From NCBI GenBank assembly GCA_001661245.1, contig KV454014.1, forward strand, positions 822,954-886,953: DNA of 64,000 nt, written 5' to 3'. The notes under the pieces were generated by a model, which was not told the DNA's origin, did no database searches, and saw nothing but the letters and a program-made list of their open reading frames with translations. The translations under genes and the position numbers were made by a program. Shown piece by piece: positions 54,601 through 64,000 of this stretch. This stretch comes from Pachysolen tannophilus NRRL Y-2460 (taxonomy: Eukaryota). How positions within the stretch are numbered: the stretch's first letter is position 1; each line of letters opens with the position of its first letter.

Positions 54601-57600
54601 GAAGCACGAACATTACATTCAATAACCTTGATATCATTGTTTTTAGCAATAAATTGGATATTATAAGGACCTGTAACATCCAAAGCCTTACCAATTTTGG
54701 CAGTCGCTTCAACAATTCTATTGACAGTTTCTGGATCTAAATCCTGCGGTGGAACAATTAAAGTTGCATCACCAGAGTGAACACCTGCATTCTCAACATG
54801 TTCTGAGACAACGTGCATGATTAATTTTCCATTCTTGGCAACAGCATCCATTTCAATCTCCTTCGCATTTTCAATATATTTAGTAATAACAACAGGATAA
54901 TCAGGTGAAACTTCAACTGCTTGCGATAAGTAAGAGGCTAAATCATCTCTTGAATAAACAGTATTCATGGCTGCACCTGACAAAACATATGATGGACGAA
55001 CTAATACCGGGTATCCGACATTGTTTGCAAAGTCTTCAGCTTCTTCGAAGGAGGTTAATTCTTTCCAGGCAGGTTGGTCAACTCCAATCTTATCTAACAT
55101 ACGAGAGAATTTATATCTGTTCTCTGCGGAATCGATCATTTCCGGTGAAGTACCCATTATTTTAACATTTTGACGATGTAATGATAAAGCAATGTTATTT
55201 GAAGTTTGACCTCCCATAGAAATAATAACACCAGCAGATTTTTCAAGCTCATAGATATCCAATACTCTTTCCAAATTAATGGTCTCAAAATAAAGACGAT
55301 CTGCTTCATCATAATCAGTAGAAACTGTTTCAGGGTTGTAGTTTATCATAATTGTCTTAGTACCTAAAGCTCTTAAAGTTCTAACTGCTGTAACAGCACA
55401 CCAATCAAACTCAACTGAGGATCCAATACGGTAAACACCTGAACCCAAAATAATAACACCATGATCGTTGAACTCTACATCATGCGAGTCAGCATTGTAT
55501 GTTAAGTAAAGATAGTTGGTATATGCAGGAAATTCAGCGGCAACCGTATCAATTTGTTTTACAAATGGAAGGATACCAGCATCCTGTCTTAATCTTCTGA
55601 TAGCAACTTCATTAGAATTTAAGAATTTGGCAATTTGTCTGTCTTCAAAACCTAATTGTTTTGCTTGTCTCAAAATCGAAACAGGAAGTTTCTCTTTACT
55701 ACCAAACTCAGCAATTTTGAAACCAAATTTAATTAAACCATCTAATTTGTTTAAGAACCATCTATCAATATTTGTCATCTTGTGGATTTTTTCAACAGAA
55801 TAACCAGAAGATAAAGCATTTGCAATGGCGAAAAGACGTTGATCAGATGGTGTTTGTAATTCCGAATCAATATCAATTGACATTAAAGCTTCAGTCTTGT
55901 TAAAACCAATATTTTGATAATCGGTTGACCTTATAGCCTTTTGGATAGCCTCTTCAAAAGTACGACCAATACTCATGACTTCACCAACAGATTTCATTGA
56001 AGAAGATAATAAGTTTGAAACTCTTGTGAATTTTTTCAAATCCCATCTTGGAATTTTAACAACAACATAATCCAAAGATGGTTCAAAACAAGCACAAGTA
56101 ACTTTTGTAACTGAGTTTCTAATTTCGTTTAACGGAATATTCAAACCTAACTTAGCAGCAGTATATGCCAATGGGTAACCTGTTGCCTTTGAGGCCAATG
56201 CTGAAGAACGTGACAAACGTGCATTAACTTCAATAATACAATATTCCTTAGAATGCGGGTTCAATGCATATTGAATGTTACATTCACCAACGACACCCAA
56301 ATGACGAATAACGTTAACAGCAGTTGTACGTAACATATTATAGTCTTCATCGGACAAAGTTTGAGATGGAGCAACAACTATAGAGTCACCTGTATGGATA
56401 CCTAATGGATCAAAGTTTTCCATATTACAGACGGTAATACAGTTATCGAAAGCATCACGAACAACTTCATATTCAATTTCCTTCCATCCTTTCATTGATC
56501 TTTCAACTAAAACTTGAGGAGAAGTTGCAAATGCTATATTACATAAATTAGTTAATTCAGTTTCATTTTCAGCGAAACCGGATCCCAAACCACCTAATGC
56601 ATAAGCAGCACGAACAATGACTGGGAATCCAATGTCCTTCACAGCGTCTAATGCTTCTTGTAAAGAAGAAGCAGCTTTGGATTTAGCACATTTCTCCCCA
56701 ATTTCTTCCATTGATCTAGCAAATAACTCTCTATCTTCAGTGGTAATAATAGTATCAATTGGAGTACCCAAAACCTTAACTCCTAAAGATTCAAATTCAT
56801 CTTTTAATTTGATACCAACGCCTAAAGCGGTTTGACCACCAAAAGTAACATAAATTGCATCTGGTTTTTCATGTCTAATAACTTTTCTTACGAAATCAGC
56901 ATTAACTGGTAAGAAATAAACCTTATCAGCCAAACCTTTTGAAGTTTGTATGGTTGCAATATTTGGATTAATTAATATTGTATAAATTCCTTCTTCTTTC
57001 AAAGCTTTAATTGCTTGAGATCCTGAATAGTCGAATTCACCAGCTTGACCAATTGATAAACCACCTGAACCTAAGACTAAAACTTTTTTAACTTTTTCTC
57101 TTGGATGTTTAGCCAAATTTTCTTTGATGTCACCTCCTGGGAAAGAGACAGCTTTTAAAGCACGGCTTGATTTAAATTCTAAGACAGAATTAATGAAAAC
57201 ATCAAATAAAAATTCGGTATCTCTTGGACCTGGAGTTGATTCTGGATGGAATTGAACTGAGAAAAAAGGTTTTCCAGTGTGGTAAATACCTTCATTCGAA
57301 CCATCATTTGAATTAACAAAAAGTTCTTTCCAACCAGGTTGTAAAGTGGTGGTATCAACAGCATAACCATGATTTTGAGAAGTGATATAACATCTACCAG
57401 AAATACTGGATGTACATGGAATATTGTGACCTCTATTTCCGAATTTCAATTTAATTGTTGATGCACCAGAAGCTCTAGCTAATAATTGATGACCTAAACA
57501 AATACCAAAAACTGGTGTTTTTTCTTCTTCCAAGACTTTCTTCAATCTCTCTATAGTTGAAGTCATTACTGATGGATCACCTGGACCATTGGAAACAAAT

Positions 57601-58388
57601 AACCCATCATATTCTTCCGTGGTAAAATCATAATCCCAAGGAACAACTTTTAATTCAACACCACGTCTAACAAAACATCTAATTTGATTAAATTTCATAC
57701 CAACATCAATTGCAATAATTCTAATAATTTTACCATCTGGTCCTTTTTTCAAATTAGCAATTGGTTTATAAAGAACTGGTGATTTTGTTGAAACTTTTGC
57801 AACCAAATTTTTAACATTTGGATCATCAAATTCTGGTATTTCAAAATTTTCTTTCCAAGTATTAGGATTTAAAGCATCTTCTAATTTTGAATCTTTTTTT
57901 TGTAAAGCCAATCTACCTAAAGTTGAACCTTTTTCTCTTAATCTTTTTGTTAAATTTCTTGTATCAACACCATAAATTGCAGGAACACCTTGTTCTTGTA
58001 ACCATTGACCTAATGAAGATTTAGCTAAATAATGAGAATATTCTTCTGTATAATGAGCAACAACTAAACCAGCAATATGAATTTTAGAAGATTCAAAATA
58101 TTTTGGTAACTCCGGTACATCTTCATCTCTCAATTCACGATCAGGAACACCATAATTTCCAACCAATGGATATGTGATGACCAAGATTTGACCTTCATAA
58201 GAAGGATCTGTAATTGCTTCTGGATAACCAACCATACCTGTTTGGAAAACTAACTCACCAGCAGTTGAAACATTGGCACCAAAGGAATAACCTTGCAATG
58301 CAAGACCATCCTGAGTTTCCAAAGTCATCAACCTTTGGCCAGTAGATTCATTTGGTGGTGTAATTGGAGCCGACAAACTTGAAGCCAT
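51672..58388 (-). CDS. URA2: Multifunctional CPSase/ATCase (GATase, CPS, inactive DHO-like domain, ATC)
   Basis: [56 protein letters not shown]. Confidence 0.98.
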   Translation of the reverse strand: MASSLSAPITPPNESTGQRLMTLETQDGLALQGYSFGANVSTAGELVFQTGMVGYPEAITDPSYEGQILVITYPLVGNYGVPDRELRDEDVPELPKYFESSKIHIAGLVVAHYTEEYSHYLAKSSLGQWLQEQGVPAIYGVDTRNLTKRLREKGSTLGRLALQKKDSKLEDALNPNTWKENFEIPEFDDPNVKNLVAKVSTKSPVLYKPIANLKKGPDGKIIRIIAIDVGMKFNQIRCFVRRGVELKVVPWDYDFTTEEYDGLFVSNGPGDPSVMTSTIERLKKVLEEEKTPVFGICLGHQLLARASGASTIKLKFGNRGHNIPCTSSISGRCYITSQNHGYAVDTTTLQPGWKELFVNSNDGSNEGIYHTGKPFFSVQFHPESTPGPRDTEFLFDVFINSVLEFKSSRALKAVSFPGGDIKENLAKHPREKVKKVLVLGSGGLSIGQAGEFDYSGSQAIKALKEEGIYTILINPNIATIQTSKGLADKVYFLPVNADFVRKVIRHEKPDAIYVTFGGQTALGVGIKLKDEFESLGVKVLGTPIDTIITTEDRELFARSMEEIGEKCAKSKAASSLQEALDAVKDIGFPVIVRAAYALGGLGSGFAENETELTNLCNIAFATSPQVLVERSMKGWKEIEYEVVRDAFDNCITVCNMENFDPLGIHTGDSIVVAPSQTLSDEDYNMLRTTAVNVIRHLGVVGECNIQYALNPHSKEYCIIEVNARLSRSSALASKATGYPLAYTAAKLGLNIPLNEIRNSVTKVTCACFEPSLDYVVVKIPRWDLKKFTRVSNLLSSSMKSVGEVMSIGRTFEEAIQKAIRSTDYQNIGFNKTEALMSIDIDSELQTPSDQRLFAIANALSSGYSVEKIHKMTNIDRWFLNKLDGLIKFGFKIAEFGSKEKLPVSILRQAKQLGFEDRQIAKFLNSNEVAIRRLRQDAGILPFVKQIDTVAAEFPAYTNYLYLTYNADSHDVEFNDHGVIILGSGVYRIGSSVEFDWCAVTAVRTLRALGTKTIMINYNPETVSTDYDEADRLYFETINLERVLDIYELEKSAGVIISMGGQTSNNIALSLHRQNVKIMGTSPEMIDSAENRYKFSRMLDKIGVDQPAWKELTSFEEAEDFANNVGYPVLVRPSYVLSGAAMNTVYSRDDLASYLSQAVEVSPDYPVVITKYIENAKEIEMDAVAKNGKLIMHVVSEHVENAGVHSGDATLIVPPQDLDPETVNRIVEATAKIGKALDVTGPYNIQFIAKNNDIKVIECNVRASRSFPFISKVVGTNLIEMATKAIMDFPVTPYPGEKLPDDYCAVKVPQFSFSRLSGADPVLGVEMASTGEVATFGHNKYEAYLKSLISTGFQLPKKNILFSIGSYKEKQELLPSIARLNELGYKLFATAGTADFIQEHGIPVQYLEVLSKEQDQKSEYSLTQHLANNLIDLYINLPSANRFRRPASYMSRGYRTRRMAVDYAVPLVTNVKCAKLLIEAISRNIKLDVSSNDAQTSHKTVILPGLINFASFIPTLSSEKGPVDFEAVTRSSLAAGFSFNSFLPSTLDGAVITDARSLTTVSELVSNSAYTDYGFSVAATDSNAAQIQVVSGATVSLYLPFNEFSHNQVGALSAHFAAWPESKPIITDAKTTDLASVLLLTSLHNRRIHVTGVTGKDDLALIIMAKSKDLRVTCDVSIYSLFLSQEDYPGISFLPTKLDQDALWDNLAEIDCLSIGNLPTLLAKALNKPVTAGLGIADALPLLFSAVNEGKMTMEYIIERLNINPAKIFDIPEQDATVEIDLDRPVASSKLSVPAWSPFESLKGVIERVHIGLQTVCLEGEIIVQDALGKEVTSGIHRNQSVISTPVELTASPALRKSRLSHILTKPFVEGEDEERSRRMGRFSFSGHRGSFTGFMTKESAVADEEETGAELVSKPPRSISPPNTISHYMRYNNPFSRKSVLSVNQFNRSDFHVLFAVAQEMRLAVERQGVLDVLKGKVLTTMFFEPSTRTSSSFNAAMQRLGGRVVAVTESTSSVKKGETLQDTIRTLACYSDAIVLRHPSEESAEIAAKYSPVPIINGGNGSREHPTQAFLDLFTIREELGTVNGITVTFMGDLKYGRPVHSLCKLLQHYNVRVQLVAPKELQLPRNLKEELEKAGLLAGEYEKLSSDIIAKSDVLYCTRIQEERFKDKAQFERLKDSYVINNKVLRDAKQHMVVMHPLPRVNEIAEEVDFDQRAGYFRQMRYGLFVRMALLAMVMS

Positions 58389-58491
58389 TATAATTTTTTA
58401 TATGTTAAAAATGCAAAGAATAAATGAGAAACCAAAAAAAAAAAAAAATTAAATTAAATTAAAAAAAAAACAAAAAGTATTAAGAATAGCG

Positions 58492-58774
58492 CTAAATCAA
58501 TGAAAAAAATACATTAGAATCATTAGTTAGTTTATTGTTAATTATCAATTGAAAATTTAAGGTCATTGGCATGATTACAATATAACAAGGCAAGAAATCC
58601 GCATCATCTTTTCAAAATTAGAATAAAAGCAAGAATATTTCATTTTTTTTTTTTTACTCAAAAATTAAAACTTTATCAATTCTATCTCTCTTCTATCTTT
58701 CAAAATGAGCATCAAAACTAGCCTTCAATCGTTAACCGCCGTTCAAAAAAACCTTTTCTTTTTTGTAAACTTAC
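58492..58774 (-). other. Putative 5'UTR intron of URA2 (283 nt)
   Basis: AAAG|GTAAGT at 58774, AACTAAC at 58532-58526, first AG (TTTAG) ending 58492, about 100 nt before the ATG. Confidence 0.72.
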
Positions 58775-59951
58775 CTTTAACAAATATTTAAATAGCAAGA
58801 ACGAAAACTAAAACAGAGGAAAAAAAAAAAAAATTTTTTTGTATGTGTCTTTTCTATCTATCAACAAAACTCAAAAATAATCTTTAATTCAATTTATAAA
58901 ACAATTCCTGGAGAAATAATCGTTATACAAATTGGATTTAAATCAAGTTAGCAGTCAAGAATAAAAAATATATATATATAAAAAAAAAAATTTTTTTTTC
59001 TTTTGTATGTATTATTTTAATTTAATTTAGTGTTTTTTTTTTGTTTTTTCTTGTTATTAAAACTTTTTTCTTGTACCTTTAAACAAATGAAAAATTAATA
59101 TGAACAGGCCCACTTCAGTTTAAAAGCAGCTTGGATCAAAGACAAAGACAAACCAGAGTCCGATTACTTTTTGAAAGAAGAAGAGAGAGAAGAAGAGAGA
59201 GAGAGAGAGAGAAAGAAAGAAGAAATAAAATAAAAATAAAAAAAAAAAAAATGAAAAAACGTTAAAATCTTGTTAAAGGTTTGAACTCAAAGTATTTATA
59301 TGAAAAAAAATTTTTTTTTGATGTAATGCAACCCAAATGACAACATAGATCGATGTGGCTGGTGTATGGTATTAAACAAGTCGATGTGCATATGATTAGC
59401 CTTATATTACTTGATTCGGATCTCATCTCATCTTTTTTCCAAGAGTTTAAATGGTTATGGAAAAAAAAAATTTTTTTTTTCATTAATACAAAAGACAATT
59501 AGTAAAAAAAAAGTTAGTTTATGCGCGGTAGCTGTAGCGGTAACTGTAGGGTCTCTCTTTTTTTTTTGAACAGATGCAGTTATAAAACTCTGTTTTTTTA
59601 CACACTCAACGTCTACATATAGAAAAATTCTACTTGTTAAGTATGTCTTTGTATTTATTTGTATATGTGTATGTGGCGTAGTAAAACCTAGTAAAACCCA
59701 CCTTATTTAAATAAAGTGTAGTGTAAGTAGTGTATATATTAAGTATAGTGTGTTAAATATCAAATTGTCCCGATTCGGGTTTACTATGGAAAGAGAGTTT
59801 TTTTCCTTTAGTAGTAAAGTGTATGTCAATGTAATGTGTAATTGGTAAATTAATTGTATTATAATATTGAAAAGATTAATATTATTATTATTATAATAAT
59901 AATTATAATAACTTGTTAATTAATTGAAAGTAAAAATATTATAATAAAATC

Positions 59952-60520
59952 ATGGTAGAGACTTTAAGTTTGAACAAGTTTCTTGGAAGAAGAGATCCAT
60001 CTGAGTTAAGTGATGAGGTGAAAAAATATAATGAGAGAAGATTCAAGCAAATGGCTTTATTTTATGGGTGTACAGTTGCAACTTTTTTATGTTCAAAAAT
60101 TTCACATAGAGGAGTTATTAGTAGAAGATGTAAGTTTATTTTTTTTTGCATTTATTTATCTTCAAAATTTTTAATACTAATTCTAATTTATTGATTATAA
60201 ATTTTAATATTTATTTAGATGTACCAAATTATTACCAACATAATCATGTACCGCCGCCATTTTCATTTTATAGAGATGCTTTAACTGCAGTTACTCTTTC
60301 AACTTTGTTGGCAATAAGCACAACTTCGATGTTTGTTACTGGTTCATTCTGGTACCTTGATATTTCAAATTTTAAAGAATTTAGTTTTAGATTGAAAAAA
60401 TATCTTGGTGGAGAAGAAAAAGAAACTGAATTAATGAAATTACCTTTAGATAAAGATTCAGAATCTATTCAAAATTCTATAAATGATTTCATAAATGATT
60501 ATGCCAAAAATGGGAAATAA
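59952..60520 (+). CDS. AIM11: Mitochondrial inner-membrane protein Aim11. Exons 59952-60129 and 60219-60520
   Basis: YNERRFKQMALFYG, spliced RGVISRR|YVPNYYQHNH.PP, and a second TM ending WYLDISNFKEF. Confidence 0.85.
60130..60218 (+). other. Spliceosomal intron of AIM11 (89 nt)
   Basis: GTAAGT...TACTAAT (60175-60181)...TTTAG, with an in-frame join. Confidence 0.92.
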
Positions 60521-60764
60521 TTCTAGTAAATCAATTACTTCAATAACTTCAATAAATTTCCAATTAAGTATTTTAAATACTTAATTGAAATATATATCTT
60601 TGTATATATCTTTTATATAGGCATTTTTTTGTATATTTTTTATTTTTCACTACAAATTAATTTTCATGATATACACCAAAAATTCTTGAAACTTTTTTTT
60701 TAAATTTTATCAATTATATATATATTTAAACCTTTTTAAATGAATAAATGAAATCATAAGAATA

Positions 60765-61613
60765 ATGTCGGAATCAGTTGTGAAAAGAGATTATAATAAA
60801 ATTTATGAAATACAACTTAGTAGATTTAATGCCAAATTTACTAATTATAATAAATTATATGCAGAAGAACAGCAATCCAGAAAATTGATAAATTTCTTAT
60901 ATTTAAGAAATAATGCTATATTATCCTTAATTGATAAAATATCAGATCTCTTGGGTGATTATCCAAATTATGATCATTTAAAAAATGATGGAGAATTACA
61001 GAAAATAAATAAAATTATTAATAATAATCCCAATTTAACACAAAAATTACTGCCCTTGATTAATTTAATACAAATTGAAAAAGATCAACTAAAAACAGGT
61101 GAAGAAAATATTATAAATGAAAAATATGAATCTTATTTAAAACTTCTTTCTACTTCATCTCCAAGTTTCCCACTTTCTTGGAAGTTTGATGAACCGGTAT
61201 ATAGAAGTCCCAGTGAAGTTGGAGATGTAATTAATTCAAAACTGAGAAGGTCTTCACTTGATAATGCTTCCTCTTTAACAGGCGCTAACAGAAATGGAAC
61301 TAACTTGGTGGTTACAAATGGTTCCAATGATAGCATTGTACTTAAACAAACAGATTTTTTAAAAGAAACTGATCCATGTTCAAAATTATCATGGTTGAAA
61401 AGAAATCATCCAAAGATTTTTAGCGAAGAATCATTATCATTTTCAGATATAATCGATAATAATACTACAATTGCTGATAGTGACGATAATAATTTTCCTT
61501 CTAATTCTTCTTTTACAAATAATATTAATTCAAGTGGGAAAAGAAGGCGCGGTAATTCAATTGTAGATGATAATGATGGGAAATCAATTACTAAAAGAAA
61601 AAAATCTACTTGA
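60765..61613 (+). CDS. Putative INO80 complex subunit, Iec3/Ies5-like
   Basis: N-terminal helix ending RNNAILSLI, DPCSKLSWLKRNHPKIF motif, basic NLS-like tail. Convergent with TSC11, like IES5 in S. cerevisiae. Confidence 0.55.
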   Translation: MSESVVKRDYNKIYEIQLSRFNAKFTNYNKLYAEEQQSRKLINFLYLRNNAILSLIDKISDLLGDYPNYDHLKNDGELQKINKIINNNPNLTQKLLPLINLIQIEKDQLKTGEENIINEKYESYLKLLSTSSPSFPLSWKFDEPVYRSPSEVGDVINSKLRRSSLDNASSLTGANRNGTNLVVTNGSNDSIVLKQTDFLKETDPCSKLSWLKRNHPKIFSEESLSFSDIIDNNTTIADSDDNNFPSNSSFTNNINSSGKRRRGNSIVDDNDGKSITKRKKST

Positions 61614-61907
61614 TTAATTTTTTTTTAAACCTTTTGTGTATTATTATATAATATGCTTTACTTGTTTCTATTATTTATATACATATATATGATTGAAAAT
61701 AATTAAAGATTTGATTTGTTTACTTCATCACTTTTTTTTTTTCTTTTTTTCTTTTTTCTTTTTTGAAAAATGCTCTAATATCTCTTAATTCTCTTTCATA
61801 CAAAATAAATAATAATACCCTCTCTAATACAAAAAAAATAAAAAAAAAAACAAAAAAAAACAATTATAACGATTTTTTTACCCTTACTTAAAAACTTTAC
61901 TCTTAAC

Positions 61908-64000
61908 TCAATGATTGGCATTTTCAGCATCTTGTTGCTGCTGTTCTAACTTCAGTTTTTTCCTGTCACTCCTAATAATTATCTCCAATAATTTATTTGA
62001 ATCAATAAAATCATTTAGTAAATACCGTCTAGTACTTAACTTGTATTTAAAATTTTCAAATAATTTTAAAATAATTTTAAACAAAAATACTTTGTTTTTG
62101 TCACTTTTGAAGAAATTCACAAAATTAGCCTTCTCATTTTTCCTACTTCCACTATATTTTAATCTATTCAAATTCGAAATAGATTTCGTAACCATTAAAT
62201 GTGTCATTATATTTATCAAATTTTCATAAATTTCCTTAAAAATTATTAAATCCCGAGTATTGGTTTTGGTTAAAAGGGAAAGTTCATTATCCATAAATGA
62301 AGTTAAATTAGTGTAACTCTTGAATTTTTCCAAAGCAATAGAGTCAGTAACTGCATCATTTTTCGAACTACCATTTATTGCATTAAAATAAGTATTACTT
62401 GCTCCATATTCAAAATTGACATTTCCAAATGAATCAGACTGACCATCTTTTTCGACATCCTTCCCATCATCGTCAACCTCATTATGATTTATATTATCAT
62501 CAAGTTTCTTAATATTATTTGCATCATTATCGAAAAAGCCTTCAAGCTCATTGGGTAAACAATATCCAATTGGATTCCCAGTAAAAGACAAAGTGGAACT
62601 CCAATTTAATTCGTCTAATATTTCCATACCTTGCTCTGTATTAGATATAAATCCTAATACGTAAAAACAAGTACCTCTTAATGAGAAACATTCAGAATTA
62701 TTCATAATTGTCATGACATCTTCAACAAAATTAACAGATTCTAAAAGCTGGATACCATAAGTACTGGCACCTATATTTCCCAAACTCCATAAATAACCTT
62801 TTAAATGTAAAACATTCCAATATTCAGGATCTTCATTGCTATCATTTATAGAAGACTCAAACTTCTCGGAAATATAATCTTTTATAAATTTTGAAAATTT
62901 GACAAATAATCCTGAATTTACCAAGAGATTGACACCTTCTTCTGTTTTAACTAATTCCCCGAAAAAATGATCTGGCATCCGCCCCTTCTCTCCTTTTTCA
63001 ATTTTCGGAATAATAACAAATTTATATTTATCAGGATCAAATAATTCGTTGAATAACAAATTTTCAACATCTATTACATACTGGAAAATTTTACCATTAA
63101 TCCAATTTTCCATTTCTGTTTCAACAAAATTATTATCCATCAAGTATTTAAATCCAACAGGGATTGACAAAAATTTTATTAACAACGATTGTCCAATTTT
63201 TTGTAAATTTTCAAAACAAGGTTTTAATTTGATAACGTTTAAAATGTTTTCCTTTGAATGATCACAATATGTATCTAAAATTTGAGCTGCAGTAGTACAA
63301 ACGGTCTTATCCGGATCATATAACTGATCTATTAATAACGTTATTACAAATTCCTCAAAGGATGGATCATCATTGGTATTCAATAGCTTTTCTAAATGCT
63401 TTGTTGTAAAAATTCTCATATTTTTATCTGATGTGGTTAAAATCTTAGATAGTATAATTCTTAAATGACTTGGATATTTAAAATCCATTTCTTTTATTAT
63501 AAGCTTAACAATATCATCTCTTCCACTTTTCCTTTCACTTATGTGATAGAACATACTGAAAATTCTCCATTGCTCTAACATTTTTAGCCCACTAAGGTCT
63601 TTTGATAAGACACCCAACATAGTGAAATAACCAGAGTTCAGAGTAGCTTCCAACTTTTGTTTTGAAAATAAAGAATCCGTAGCTGTTATTCCACTATATG
63701 GATCAACCTGTGCAATACATTCAGCAATTTGAGGTAACAATTTATTTTCACTTAAAAACTTCACACCTTCTTCACTTGCCAATAACATTTTGAAAAGTTC
63801 ACACCCAACTCTAATATATTTAGCACTCAACCTTGATTTTTTAGAAACTTTTGAAAATCTAAATTTGAAAGGTCTATAAAAAGACATTAATCTTTTTACT
63901 ATCTTTGTTGTTTTCACTGTATCTTCTAATCTCTTTCCATCTGTTAGAGGCCCTTGACATAATTCTATTATCAAATCCCAATTCCATGATTCATATTGCT
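61908..64000 (-). CDS. TSC11: TORC2 subunit Avo3/Tsc11 (Rictor), C-terminal part (5' truncated by window)
   Basis: Frame is open to the window end (WNWDLIIEL). RLMSFYRPFKFRFS, HLRIILSKIL, HFFGELVKT, LKGYLWSLGNIG, SLRGTCFYVLG. Confidence 0.92.
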   Translation of the reverse strand, partial: QYESWNWDLIIELCQGPLTDGKRLEDTVKTTKIVKRLMSFYRPFKFRFSKVSKKSRLSAKYIRVGCELFKMLLASEEGVKFLSENKLLPQIAECIAQVDPYSGITATDSLFSKQKLEATLNSGYFTMLGVLSKDLSGLKMLEQWRIFSMFYHISERKSGRDDIVKLIIKEMDFKYPSHLRIILSKILTTSDKNMRIFTTKHLEKLLNTNDDPSFEEFVITLLIDQLYDPDKTVCTTAAQILDTYCDHSKENILNVIKLKPCFENLQKIGQSLLIKFLSIPVGFKYLMDNNFVETEMENWINGKIFQYVIDVENLLFNELFDPDKYKFVIIPKIEKGEKGRMPDHFFGELVKTEEGVNLLVNSGLFVKFSKFIKDYISEKFESSINDSNEDPEYWNVLHLKGYLWSLGNIGASTYGIQLLESVNFVEDVMTIMNNSECFSLRGTCFYVLGFISNTEQGMEILDELNWSSTLSFTGNPIGYCLPNELEGFFDNDANNIKKLDDNINHNEVDDDGKDVEKDGQSDSFGNVNFEYGASNTYFNAINGSSKNDAVTDSIALEKFKSYTNLTSFMDNELSLLTKTNTRDLIIFKEIYENLINIMTHLMVTKSISNLNRLKYSGSRKNEKANFVNFFKSDKNKVFLFKIILKLFENFKYKLSTRRYLLNDFIDSNKLLEIIIRSDRKKLKLEQQQQDAENANH

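Noticed and set aside
59672..59682. TGTGGCGTAGT, identical to part of the tRNA-Ala A-box region
   Set aside because: No B-box, stems or acceptor end follow. Probably chance.

Overview
AT-rich budding-yeast (Saccharomycotina) nuclear DNA with about 29 protein genes, one tRNA-Ala(AGC), five spliceosomal introns and three assembly gaps. No prokaryotic-type elements (CRISPR, IS) or intact retrotransposon were seen. Gene order: RIM15 (5' truncated), ARD1, tRNA-Ala, NAP1, MAM3, RTK1/HRK1-type kinase, PRS5, APM4, SIN-type Cdc14, NIPA-family transporter, SHB17, NCE103, PHO86, L-type lectin, GH15 glucoamylase, IDH1, FYV10, BMT5, PTC2/3, TatD, JLP1, Mps2-like, a small Cys-rich unknown, PTH1, CYS4, MPR1-like GNAT, SPT10, URA2, AIM11, Iec3/Ies5-like, TSC11 (5' truncated). 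The main signal is a non-standard genetic code: CTG codons fall at conserved alanine positions, so CUG=Ala (as in Pachysolen/Nakazawaea/Peterozyma) and the supplied ORF track mistranslates them. Other highlights: a tandem MPR1-like/SPT10 paralog pair, a 40-bp perfect CAG/CTG palindrome in BMT5, a 5'UTR intron in URA2, and three -1 frameshifts in A-runs that are probably sequencing errors. Homolog comparisons are from memory; no searches were run.
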